From the NCBI GenBank assembly GCA_964016885.1, contig OZ024741.1, forward strand, positions 373,178,001-373,242,000: a DNA stretch of 64,000 nt, read 5' to 3'. Positions 1 to 11,358 of the stretch are shown here, one piece after another. Positions within the stretch are counted from its first letter, which is position 1. Every line of letters begins with the position of its first letter. The position numbers and the translations under genes were made by a program. The DNA is from Eledone cirrhosa (taxonomy: Eukaryota). The notes beneath the pieces are model-generated. The model did no database searches. It worked only from the letters and a program-made list of their open reading frames with translations, and was not told where the DNA came from.

Positions 1-517
1 AGGGTGTTCTGAAAGTATGGTAGCCAGAGTCAGAACGGGATGGAAAAAGTTCAGAGAGCTTATACCGCTGTTGGCCTCAAAAGGTTTCTCTCTAAATATG
101 AAAATCAGATTGTATGATGCCTGTATACGAACAGCAATGCTACATGGCAGTGAGACATGGGCATTGTGTTCAGAGGGCCTGCACAGACTGGAAAGGAATG
201 AAGCATGCATGCTCCGTTGGATGTGTAATAGTAATATACATGAACGGCAAAACATAAATGAACTAAGTGAGAAATTAGGAATAAGAGGGATCAGATGCTG
301 TTTACTCGAAAGAAGACTACGTTGGTATGGTCACGTAATGTGCATGAAAGACAACAGTTGTATAAAAAAGTGCAGAGCGATCAAAATTGATGGAAGTTAC
401 GGAGTAGGTAGACCCAGAAAAACCTGGGACGATTTGATAAATTCCGACCTTACACACTTACATCTCTCTAAGACAATGTCACTGGACCGAGATCTTTGGC
501 GCCACACAGTAATATAG
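1..517 (+). mobile_element. RTE-clade LINE, ORF2 C-terminal fragment
   Basis: ORF 17..517 has RTE motifs: GWKKFREL, LYDACIRTAMLHGSETW, RLRWYGHV, GRPRKTW, DRDLWR; runs off the left edge. Confidence 0.9.
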
Positions 518-699
518 AAGACCCACCTTGCCCATGTACAAATCGAAACCTACAGTCAGTAGGCACCTGTTAACCAAATATACACCCCCAATCCACTACC
601 CCTACTGCATCCTCCCACTCCCACCAACATCACTCCTTTCTCTGTAAAGTTGGTACCACAACATCCAGTCCAAACTAATGAGATAATGAGATCGAGATC

Positions 700-947
700 G
701 AGATCATGTAGGTGTCACGACAAAAAAACACACAGTCCATGCTGTAATATGGCTGTGTAGGTAACACGGTAAAAACCTCCCAGTCCACACTGTAAACGTG
801 GTTGGTGTTAGAAAGGGCATCCAGCCGTAGAAAACCTGCCAGATAGTCCTATACGAGCGAGACACAGTCACCCGACCAACCTTGCTTCAAATTGGGACAA
901 CTCCCATCTAACCCATACTAGCATGGAAGATAGACGTTAAACGATGA

Positions 948-950
<3 letters not shown>
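700..950 (+). mobile_element. SINE family B (body plus RTE-like tail)
   Basis: GTGGTTGGTGTTAGAAAGGGCATCCAGCCGTAGAAA body and CTAACCCATACTAGCATGGAAGATAGACGTTAAACGATGATGA tail, repeated about 20 times in the window. Confidence 0.8.
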
Positions 951-1000
<50 letters not shown>

Positions 1001-1114
1001 CATATATATACATATATATACATATATATACATATATATATACATATATATATACATATATATATATACATATATACATATATGTATATATACATATATA
1101 TATACATATATATA
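950..1114. repeat. (TA)n/(TACA) microsatellite
   Basis: Direct reading. Confidence 0.97.
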
Positions 1115-1315
1115 TAAATAACGAAGGAAATATGGTAAGGAACCGGGTGGACCATAACGCACCAAAGTACTCAATACTTAGGGTAGTAGAGTGGGTAATA
1201 GGAATGAGTAGGACCCCGACGGCTGAGCTCAAGCCGTTTCGACGGCTAATTCTGGACTTAGAATTAGCCGTCGAAACGGCTTGAACTCAGCCGTCGGGGT
1301 CTTACTTGTTCCTAT
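1115..1315. mobile_element. Short fold-back insert within (TA)n, putatively Penelope-like-derived
   Basis: 56-bp arms 1198-1253 and 1260-1315 with 4 mismatches, 6-nt loop GGACTT; contains GAAAC-stem-GTC. Confidence 0.55.
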
Positions 1316-1413
1316 ATATATATATATATATATACATATATATACATATATACATATATATATACATATATATATACATACATATATATATATACATATA
1401 TATGTATATATAC

Positions 1414-1450
<37 letters not shown>

Positions 1451-1529
1451 CATATATATACATATATACATATATATATACATATATATATACATACATA
1501 TATATATATACATATATATGTATATATAC

Positions 1530-1580
<51 letters not shown>

Positions 1581-1594
1581 ATGTATATATATAC

Positions 1595-1637
<43 letters not shown>

Positions 1638-1664
1638 TATATATATATATATATACATATATAC

Positions 1665-1709
<45 letters not shown>

Positions 1710-1786
1710 TATATATATATACATATATACATTATATATATATATATATATATATATACATTATATATATATATATATATATACAT

Positions 1787-1819
<33 letters not shown>

Positions 1820-1845
1820 TATGTATATATACATATATATATATA

Positions 1846-1904
<59 letters not shown>

Positions 1905-1979
1905 GTATATATATATATATATATATAATGTATATATATATATATATATATATATAATGTATATATGTATATATATATA

Positions 1980-2028
<49 letters not shown>

Positions 2029-2055
2029 GTATATATGTATATATATATATATATA

Positions 2056-2098
<43 letters not shown>

Positions 2099-2112
2099 GT
2101 ATATATATACAT

Positions 2113-2163
<51 letters not shown>

Positions 2164-2242
2164 GTATATATACATATATATGTATATATATATATGTATG
2201 TATATATATATGTATATATATATGTATATATGTATATATATG

Positions 2243-2279
<37 letters not shown>

Positions 2280-2372
2280 GTATATATACATATATATGTA
2301 TATATATATATGTATGTATATATATATGTATATATATATGTATATATGTATATATATGTATATATATATATA
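1314..2372. repeat. Long interrupted (TA)n tract with palindromic interruption pattern
   Basis: Plus-strand ORF 1281..1928 and minus-strand ORF 1786..2481 give the same irregular YI/H/T/M string for over 100 residues. Confidence 0.9.
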
Positions 2373-2961
2373 TGCTACTGGTAACATGTATCCCAGTACA
2401 ACCTGTCTCATGGTCGGGTCGTTGGCGACTAAACTGGCAACCCCACCAAGTTTTCTTGGTGAGGAGGGTGACTTTGGACATCCTGCAGGACTAAAAACAA
2501 AACCTGTCAAAGGGCAAAGGAGCTCTTGAGAGTCAATGGCCATCCAAAATCACCGGGAGAGATGACCCCTTAGCCTTTGTCAAGGCAGAATTCTAGGAGA
2601 AGGAAAACTCTGATATAACACCTGCAACCCTGATGGTATCCAATGATGTTGACTTGTTCTTCTTTTTGGTAAATATCATCTTGGTTAAGAGAGTGGGACT
2701 GGCTTTGTGCAGTGCCTTTGCTCACTATAAAAGCTTCACGGCACAGGCATTGCTTTGTATCTGGAGATCTCTCTGCACTTGTCGTCACATGGTACCATGG
2801 GCCCAGCACTGTGTGTCAATCATTGTCACAAGTGTAGTGTTTGTACTAGAGTTTTCAAGTCGCTGGCTGGACTGAAAAGTCACACTCGTTCAGCGCATCG
2901 GTAGGGGTTCTCCTACATGGATATAAAGTAGTGGCCGTACTCGAAAACGAGTTGGCAGCCA

Positions 2962-2964
<3 letters not shown>
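2373..2964 (+). mobile_element. Non-autonomous internally deleted RTE-like element, copy 1
   Basis: RTE-like 5' UTR joined to a 3' end encoding the C2H2 finger CSVCTRVFKSLAGLKSHTRSAHR* (2833-2904); terminal stem-loop ACTCG-AAAA-CGAGT; near-identical inverted copy at 53981-54588. Confidence 0.75.
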
Positions 2965-3001
<37 letters not shown>

Positions 3002-3014
3002 TATATATAATATA

Positions 3015-3063
<49 letters not shown>

Positions 3064-3120
3064 TATGTATATATCTATTGATATATATATTGATACAATT
3101 ATTGATACAATTATATATAT
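2964..3120. repeat. (TA)n microsatellite
   Basis: Direct reading. Confidence 0.95.
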
Positions 3121-3499
3121 AACCCATCGAGTTAATTTAACGGTAGGAAAGATGACCTAGAAGGTAAGTTGATTAAATTAGTTTTTGACAACAGCTGTTG
3201 TACTTCAGTTGGTTCTGACAATGAGTGTTCCAATCAACAAAACACCATGCTAGTGAAATTTATGTGCAGTTGGCTGGGCATTCTACAAACATGTGTACCC
3301 TTTATGTAACCTCACAAGGATTCAACATGACACAGTGTGTAACAAAGATGGCTCGCTGGAAAAATAAGGACATAATACACTTCAGAACCATTTGCCAACA
3401 TATTTAACCTGTAATCTGACAGAAACTAAAACATTTTAATAACTGAATTTAGAAGTAACAGGACTTGTCTTTCTATGACTATTATTCACCCCAAATGGG

Positions 3500-3718
3500 C
3501 AGTGGATTGGCAGAATCGGTAGAGTGGCAGACAACATGCTTTGCAGCATATAGTTATGTCCCTTTATATTCTGATTTCAAATCCTGCCAAGGTTAGCTCT
3601 GCCGTTCATCCTTATGGAGTTGATAAAATAAAGTCTTAGTAATACACTAGGGTTGATTTAATCATCTTTCCCCTCCTCCAAAATTGTTGGCCTTGTGCCT
3701 AAATCAGAAACCATTATT
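3500..3718 (+). mobile_element. SINE family A (tRNA-derived head)
   Basis: TGGCAGAATCGGTAGAG A-box-like, TTCAAATCC B-box-like, TTCATCCTTATGGAGTTGATAAAATAAAG core, GGCCTTGTGCCTAAATCAGAAAC tail. Confidence 0.85.
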
Positions 3719-4389
3719 CGATCCAAATGAAATTTTACATTTGCTTCAAATATTATGTATATCCAATTTAGAATAGGAACACCATATCCACGTGTGTTGA
3801 AAGAAATGCACTAGGAAAGGAATCTGGCTGTATGTGATAGAGAGGAAGTAAGAAAGAGATACAGAGAAAGAATTGACCTCAGTAGTGAACTAGTATTTTC
3901 TTATCAACCTCAAGAAGATGAAAGACTAAGTTGACCTTGGCAGCATTTGAACTCAGAGAGCAGAGAGCTGAAACAAATACCACAAATCATTCTCTCCAAT
4001 GTTCTAACGATTCCACCAGTCCACCATCTAACTGCAATATAAACAGATATAAGCTATATATGATATTGACTATCATCATGATCATGATCATTGAACATCC
4101 GCTTTCCTTGTGAGTAAGGGTTGGATGAGGTTACGTACACGAGGTCAGTACTGAAGCAGCATACACATTTTTATAAACATTTGCAGAAAAGAATCCTGAT
4201 AACTCCAAACAAAAATATAATCTGGTAGATAAATGAAATGGTAATATTATAGACAAAAATGACATAATATTAATATATATTTATCAATCTTAGTCACTAA
4301 ATATGCAACAATGACAAGTATTTTAAGGCCACTTTCCCAGTTAAAGCAACATTTAGCAATGCAAGGCTATCATGACAAGTTCCTCAATT

Positions 4390-4740
4390 TTGCCCTATCA
4401 TCTTTATATCGTCCTTGCAACACCTTAGCTTTCATTTTTTTCCTCTATCATCTTTAGTAATGTTTTTCTTGGTCTTCCCACTCCTCCATTCCTTCCACAT
4501 TCAATTCCATTACCCCTCATACTCAGTCACTTTCATCCTTCCTCAACAAATGACCCAACTATCTCATTGCATTTCTTTTAACTGCCTCTCTATTACAATC
4601 ATTATCTGCAGGTCATTGTTTGTCTTCCTCTTTCAGAGATATGCCACTCACCCATCAAACTATTCTCATTTCTGTTCTTTCCAACTTTCCTTCATGCTCA
4701 ACATTCACCATCCATGTCTTGCTCCCATAAATCATGACAT
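4390..4740 (-). mobile_element. Decayed RTE LINE 3' fragment
   Basis: Minus strand encodes a GVGRPRKT motif at about 4462-4487; frames broken elsewhere. Confidence 0.55.
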
Positions 4741-5140
4741 TTCTAAAATATGCAGCATACACATCAAATGCAAAGTAAATGATATTGATGTCTGTATAGA
4801 GCTGTATGCTGGTACTACATGTTTTATAATTATTGGTTCACTCAGGAAACAGTCACGAACCAATGTAAAGCTATGTAAAAATATCAGGTCACTATTGAAT
4901 TGTTAGAAAACAATTACCAACTGATGTCAATCTATGTAAAAATAGCAGGTTATGAGAGCTCAAATTGTGGCATCATGGGTCTTCAGTAAAACCATGGCTA
5001 ACAACCGTGTTTCCCCTATAAGATAGGTCTGATATTATTTTTTCCTCGAAAAAGGGCTTATTTTTGGTGTAAGCTTATATTTTTACCACAAAAAGTTTCG
5101 ATAAAATATCATTGTACTAGTATCAAATTATATTATAGAG

Positions 5141-5429
5141 TTGTGGTTTCCAACATAGGATGCATGCCTCACAGGGGGGAAATTTAAAATGATGTTAATG
5201 AGAGCAAACTTCAGATTTTACCCTATTACACCAAGGCAAATTTGGAACAAATTATGGTCAGAAACTCCTGTCACACCTCCTCTGCACTTTATTGTGCATC
5301 TGACATCACCCATACACCAATTTGTTTACACTTTGTAGTTGATCATTGCTGTTTTTATATGAAAGTGGGGCATAAAAATGTTTGAGATGTTGAGGTGGGG
5401 CATGGGGCACAAAAGGTTGGGAACCACTG
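5141..5429. mobile_element. hAT-type MITE
   Basis: TIR GTGGTTTCCAAC / GTTGGGAACCACTG; 8-bp TSD TTATAGAG/TTATATAG. Confidence 0.65.
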
Positions 5430-5456
5430 TTATATAGTTAAAAACAATATCTTTAA

Positions 5457-5677
5457 CCCTTTAGCATTTACATTACTCTATATTTACTATTGTATTTTCA
5501 CAGTAAAGGCTTTATCTCACATAATTCTCTCACATAATATCGGATCTATGAGATTTTGATGTTATTTATTTTGAGAGCAATACCTTAACATCAGTATGAG
5601 CGGCCGGTTACAGCTGGTTTGAACAGAAAGAGGTGCAAGAATTCTGGCCGGATATGGTTGGTTTAAATGCTTAAGGG
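5457..5677. mobile_element. piggyBac-type MITE
   Basis: TTAA-CCCTTTAGCATTTA ... TAAATGCTTAAGGG-TTAA; five copies in the window. Confidence 0.8.
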
Positions 5678-5959
5678 TTAAAAGAATTTATTATATTAGT
5701 AATCAGCAAGATTCTGGAAATTTGCATTTTATATTATTTTTTATATTAATTTTATTAGCAAAAATGTGCCAGGTCTTATTTTCAGGGTAGGGTTTATACA
5801 TGCTAGGGCTTATTTTTGGAGTCATTTTTATAATAGAGGAAACATGTTAGTTAAAAGTCATGATTTTTTTTTCTAATTGTTATAATGTTGGCCTTATAAG
5901 AGTTAATTTATTGAGTGAAAATGTGATTGAATTATCATTTTAGATGTAGTAAATGGATA

Positions 5960-6325
5960 TATTTACTGGTTTTTGTCATTAGACTGCAGTCATGCTGGGA
6001 ATGTAAGTTGATCAACCACAGTACTTATTTTATCAATTACTTTTTGTTGAACCACTAAGTTATTTGACAAACAAACGATAAACACACACATGCCCACACA
6101 CACGCACACACACACACATATATATATACATACACTATGGGCAGTTACTATCTACTAAATTTCACTCACAAGGCATTAGCCAACTTGAGGCTATAGTAGG
6201 AGACAAACTAGAAACCACATAGTAGGACTTAATTTGAAACCACAACTTACCTCATTGCATGACTGAACCGGAAACAACACGGTTGCCAAGCAAACTCTCT
6301 AACTACTCAGTAATGTCTGCACCTA
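5960..6325 (-). mobile_element. SINE family D with internal (CA)n
   Basis: TTCACTCACAAGGC...GAGGCTATAGTAGGAGAC body and tRNA-like head at the right end; related heads at about 39180-39270 and 59130-59260. Confidence 0.55.
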
Positions 6326-6474
6326 TAAACAGTTTCGTGACAGTAGAAGTTTTTCTGCAACTAGTTCTCGTTCACATGAGAATTAATTAGCAAATTTGGT
6401 AAAAATGGAAATGATGACACCATACACTTATGCAGCTTTGAAATACAACACAACAACAAGCATTTTAAGGCCAT

Positions 6475-6830
6475 TCATCATCATCACCATTTAATATTCA
6501 CTTGAGACAAATCAGATCAGATGACCATGTCTTGCTCATACAGAACTGTTTCTGGCTTGGTTTCTACAGCTGGAGGCCCTTCCTAATGCTAACCTCATTT
6601 ACAGTGTGGACTGGGAGCTTTTTGTCCTGTTACCAACATGACCACTTTACAGTGTGGACTGGCTGCTTTTTGTCATGAACACCTACATGACCACTTTACA
6701 GTATCGACTGGGTGCTTTTTGTTATGTTACCTCCACAACCACTTTACAGTGTGGACTGGGTGATTTTTGTCATGTCACCAATACAATGTGGGCTGGGCAC
6801 TTTTTTCATGACATTATCCCTACTAAAGTA
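6475..6830 (-). mobile_element. SINE family B with tandemly amplified ~43-50 bp internal unit
   Basis: Repeats of CCACTTTACAGTGTGGACTGGGTG next to TTTCTACAGCTGGA. Confidence 0.75.
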
Positions 6831-8185
6831 CCAAACCACTTGTGCAACTGTCCCTTGTTCTGTTATACAAAACTGTTTAATTTAAAGTACTTATATGCAT
6901 CACCTTCCATCAAAATTACATATAAGAAATGTTGTTAAGTTATGTCCCAAACAACAACTTTATAATCAGAAAATTAGTTTTGGAAATCTTGACTATTTTC
7001 AAAATTAATTGGCAGTGTGTTTCATTAGAAATGAAATGGTTAAAGCATTTTAGAGGAATTAAAAAATATAACTAGTTTTCTTATTATTAAGTTAGTCTTT
7101 GGAACATAACTGAATAAAATGTTCTTACATAAAATTATGATGATATAAGTATGAATATTTGTATCATGATCATAAAACCAGGGGCAGTTTGTAGCAGGTT
7201 GATAACGAAAGGGTTAAAGAACACTTATTGGTAAACTCAGCTGGACAATGAGTCAAGAAGGTTATTTGTTATAAATACACAAGTGATGGCATTTATTTAA
7301 TAAATCAACTGCAAATAGGATTAACGAACAGGAGCACAATATTTCAGCATTATATTAGAATCACTGTTTAAAGTGCATAAAATGTATTTTTATATACCAA
7401 CATGGCATTTTGATTTATGCTTCTTCAACAGTAATGGCTGATTCACAGAAGAAAATCATGATGAATGCACAACATATGTTACAAGCATTGATTTCCTCAG
7501 AGTGAATATTTCAAAGGATTTTTCCAAAAGGTAATCGACTACTGTGTTCCAAATCAAAGGAAGGTATTCAAAGATATTTTCAACTTGATATATTATTATG
7601 GAAGATTTATTCCCAACTTTTCTGATCTTGAAGCCATTATTGATGCTAAAAGAAAGCAACTGACCATGTGACCACACTAAAAAATCTGTTCACCAGATTT
7701 CCTATATTTTAATCATTCTGAATAGATAAACACACTGTACTAATGGTCAATGCTTCACACAATTTGCTTTCATATTACTCCAGGAACGTATAGTTAATTC
7801 TTCTTTATGTCAGAAACGCATTAGATTAATATCAAAGAAACTGGAGTAATATATATGACCTGACCTGACCTTCTTGCCTCTTTCTCCCCCCCCCCCCTCT
7901 CTCCGTGTATGGGGAGATATTCCTTGCAATAAATTTACTGCAAAGGAAAATGTGATATGAAATACCAAATTTGTGGTGGTTTGATAAAAATTGCCCATTA
8001 CAATTCTTCCCACCAACAGAGGCAGTGCTAGAATGTGTGCCATTCAGGGCAGCCCTTGAGTTTGCCCTCCTTTGCATCCCTCCCTCCACATACTCAAATA
8101 TATACAACAGACACAAAAGTGTCACCCAGGGCAGACTGTCCCCATCTTACCCATCCAACTATGCTATTATTCACAGATTGAGTTA

Positions 8186-8444
8186 AATAATAATGAAATT
8201 ATTGTGTACAGTGCTCAGGTGCACTACCACTCATCAAAGGTGCATGTATAGAACATAGAATAATGTAAAAATGTCAGGAAAGTGAACAGTGAATGAGTCA
8301 TGATAAACATGTGTGCGTGTGTATGGAGAGGGAATATCAGGTGTAGTGTTGGCGAATTTCAGGAAGCATGGAGGTTTTAAAGGATGCAGTGTCTCGACAG
8401 CTAATAACTGATGTGGGTAGTTTGTTCCATGCTTCAGCAACTCT
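8186..8444 (-). mobile_element. CR1-type LINE 3' end (5'-truncated)
   Basis: Reverse complement of about 45968-46225; tail CATTATTATT. Confidence 0.85.
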
Positions 8445-8465
8445 TTTGGATATTCTAAGCACCAC

Positions 8466-8497
<32 letters not shown>

Positions 8498-8825
8498 TGC
8501 CTATGTGGAAGGTTAAGACACATGCACAAACCCAATGTAATGTCCAATGTGATTGAAACTGGAACCATGTGGCCTCATGGTGAAATTCTTAACCAGACAC
8601 CCATGCCTGCACCCATTTTCAACATCGTTGCTTTTACACCCACTTTTCCATGCTGGCATGGATTGGACAGAACATTTTGAGGCTATGGTTTACAGCCAGA
8701 TGCTCTTCCTGAAACCGACTCTTTATCATCACTTCTTACGACACACAGGGTTATGGTGCACCTACATTAAACTGGATAAACAGTTTTTTTTAAATAATTT
8801 TAGTTTCATGAATTTTGTAGAATGA

Positions 8826-9021
8826 TGGTGAAGATACTATTTGTGCACAACTAGTGTACGACTGGTGAGGATACTATTTGTGTACAACTGGTGAAGATTC
8901 TATTTGTGTACAACTAGTGTACAACTGGTGAGGATACTATTTGTGTACAACTGGTGAAGATTCTATTTGTGTACAACTAGTGTACAACTGGTGAGGATAC
9001 TATTTGTGTACAACTAGTGAA
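8826..9021. repeat. Minisatellite, 63-bp higher-order unit (26+11+26)
   Basis: CTGGTGARGATWCTATTTGTGTACAA units with CTAGTGTACAA spacers. Confidence 0.9.
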
Positions 9022-9089
9022 TATGTTGTGTGTGAGGATTATTAACCCTTTCATCTGAAGACTACCATACTACTCCTACCTTAATACGC

Positions 9090-9615
9090 CATTCACTTCA
9101 TGGTCCCAACCGACAGGATGGCAAAAGTGTTGCCCTCGGGTACGGCGAGGGAGAAGCACTGGAACAGCCACTTCACATCACTGGGCTCGCACTTGCGGGT
9201 AGCCAACTCTGCTCCGATAGCAGTGAGTAGGGATGTTGTCCGGGACCAAGAATGCCAGTTCTCTCCACTGCTACAGGCTCAACCACAAACCTATCAGAGA
9301 GCAGCTGATACTTTGACAGTTAGTCCTCTTCGGCCTAGAAGGCAGCAAAGCCTGGGCAGGTAGCTAAATACACCAGATTGCTGCTAGAGAAGGTGTGACA
9401 ACATGTAGCATTCCAGATGAGGGACTACTCCCACAGAACAGGAAGACTTTCATGCTGCCTAGACCTTTGCCATCCCCACAGTCCAGCCCCACTGGCTTGA
9501 CATGGGGAGGGAAGCCAGTGCCATCCAGGTCATGCTTTATAATCTCATTGAGATTAGCATGGCATGTGAGGTAGCAGTCAGCACTATAATGGTGTGACAG
9601 TGGCTGGAGAGATTG
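9090..9615. mobile_element. GC-rich dispersed repeat, probable LINE 5' UTR remnant
   Basis: Colinear with 38430-39025; no protein motif recognised. Confidence 0.55.
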
Positions 9616-10269
9616 AAATGACTGGAATTATTTTGTGATACAATCAGTTAAGTTGTCATAACTTGTAATATAAAATTTAGTTTTACATTCAGTTTCAATT
9701 CACTACAATGTTAAATGATATTACAATTATTCTACTTCAGACTGTTACTAGACAGCAATTTTGACAATTTCTTGCTCTACTTCATTATCAAATATTGTTT
9801 GAACAATGTAGCCTTATATCAAGAAAATAAGAGACCAAAAATAAGTGCACTTTCATTTTCTTTGAATACAGAATCAATCTGACTTTTATTCAAAAGTTTA
9901 CTGTCTTTTAAAAATGGTCTGCTTGATGTATTTGTTACTCAACTAACCTTTCGAAATAGTTCAGATGTCTATTTCAAGATATGAATGTTCAGTTAGCAAA
10001 TCTATTTTCAAATCTATTTTGCTTTGAATCACTCACAGAATCATTTGAAAATGTTTTTACCACAACACATAATAATCCCAAATTGCATCCCAAAAGTTAA
10101 GTCTTCCCTTTCGAGGCCAGGTATTGATATATTGATATAGCCCTTTACAATATATAAGAGTTCTGCTGGCATGTTTAGAACGGCATCACTATTTTACACA
10201 ATAACTTTCTCGAATACATACAAAAGAGCTCAACAATATAATCTGAAAACTTTCACTGACCAACATACT

Positions 10270-10425
10270 AATCATCATCCCCACCACCACCACCACCATC
10301 ATCAGCATTAGCATCATCATCATCACCACTATCATCATCATCATCATCATCACTATCACTATCATCATCATCATCATCACCACCATCACAACTACCACTA
10401 TCATCATCATCATCATCATCATCAT
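10270..10425. repeat. (CAT/CAC)n tract, expanded tail of a minus-strand SINE B (to ~10800)
   Basis: Direct reading; followed by TTTCTACAGCTGGATGCC bodies. Confidence 0.9.
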
Positions 10426-10974
10426 TTTACATTTGCTTTTCTTTGCAGACATGGGTTGAATAAGTCATTACAAACCAAATACTTTATTGGAGCAACTGTC
10501 CAGGTAGACGGACTGTCCGTTATTCATGTCTTGCCATATCAGTCATATTTTGGGCAGGATTTCTACAGCTGGATGCCTTCCCTAATGTTAACCACCTTAC
10601 AGACTGTACTGGGTGCATTTTATTGTAGTGCCAGTACTAGAAATGTTGTTGTGTCCTTGATGTAACTAAAGTATCTTCTCAACCCTTTGTTTGGCATGAT
10701 TTCTACAGCTGGATAACCTTCCTAGCACTAACTATTTTATAGAGTGTACTGGGTGCATTTTATCATGACACCAGCATTAGAGAGGTTGTCATGTCATCTG
10801 TTTGACTGAAGAGCTCTTCATATCCTATGTTGTTACAAGTTACACTACAGCCACTATTTCATAGTCTGACAATTCCCTGCTCCATGAATTAGCAGGCTGT
10901 ATATCACCTCTTCCAAACCCACCTAATATACCTGTCCTTCTTTTATTCAACAACTGTGATGGGCATGGATGATA

Positions 10975-11178
10975 TCACTGGGTGAGGACGTGCCAGGAAA
11001 TCCCAGTGGAAGGAAGCCACAGGAAGACCTGGGCAGAGGTAGTGAGAACTGATCTCAGACCTCTGAGACTCACAGAGGAGATGACAAAGGAATGTGGCAT
11101 GTGGAGAGATGCTGTGCTGAAAAAGACCCATCTAACCCATGCAAGTGTGGAAAAATGGACATAAAAACGATGATGATA
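10975..11178 (+). mobile_element. RTE LINE 3' terminus with (GAT)n tail
   Basis: RKTWAEVVRTDL...WRDAVLKKT runs into CTAACCCATGCAAGTGTGGAAAAATGGACATAAAAACGATGATGAT. Confidence 0.8.
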
Positions 11179-11358
11179 ATTGTTTCTACTTTTAGCACAA
11201 GGCCAGCAATTACCCCAGTGCATTACTGGTGCTTTATTTTATCAACCCCCTAAGAATGAAAGGCAAAGTTAACCTCGGCGGGATTTGAACTCAGAAAGTA
11301 AAGGGCCATAATTTTATGCTTCAAAGCATGGTGTCTGACGCTCTACCGATACGGCCAA
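11177..11358 (-). mobile_element. SINE family A
   Basis: Full reverse-complement copy inserted in the RTE (GAT)n tail, which resumes at 11358. Confidence 0.85.

Larger units (their letters stand above)
5005..5847. mobile_element. Tc1/mariner-type (Tc2/pogo-like) MITE hosting two nested MITEs
   Basis: Ends CCGTGTTTCCCC...GAGGAAACATGT-TA with internal GGCTTATTTT repeats. Confidence 0.5.

Noticed and set aside
908-2543. Many long Y/I/H/M-rich ORFs (also 47230-48024 and 49599-49817)
   Set aside because: Translations of (TA)n/(CA)n microsatellites, which lack stops; not proteins
2827-2904. C2H2 zinc finger as a host zinc-finger gene exon
   Set aside because: Single finger at the 3' end of a duplicated mobile element, typical of RTE ORF2 termini
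7449-7530. Possible plus-strand exon between CACAG and GTAATC
   Set aside because: Weak splice signals, unrecognisable peptide, expected by chance in 64 kb
10189-10452. Poly-Met/Val ORF, and poly-Asp ORFs at 12739-13087
   Set aside because: Translations of (CAT)n SINE tails
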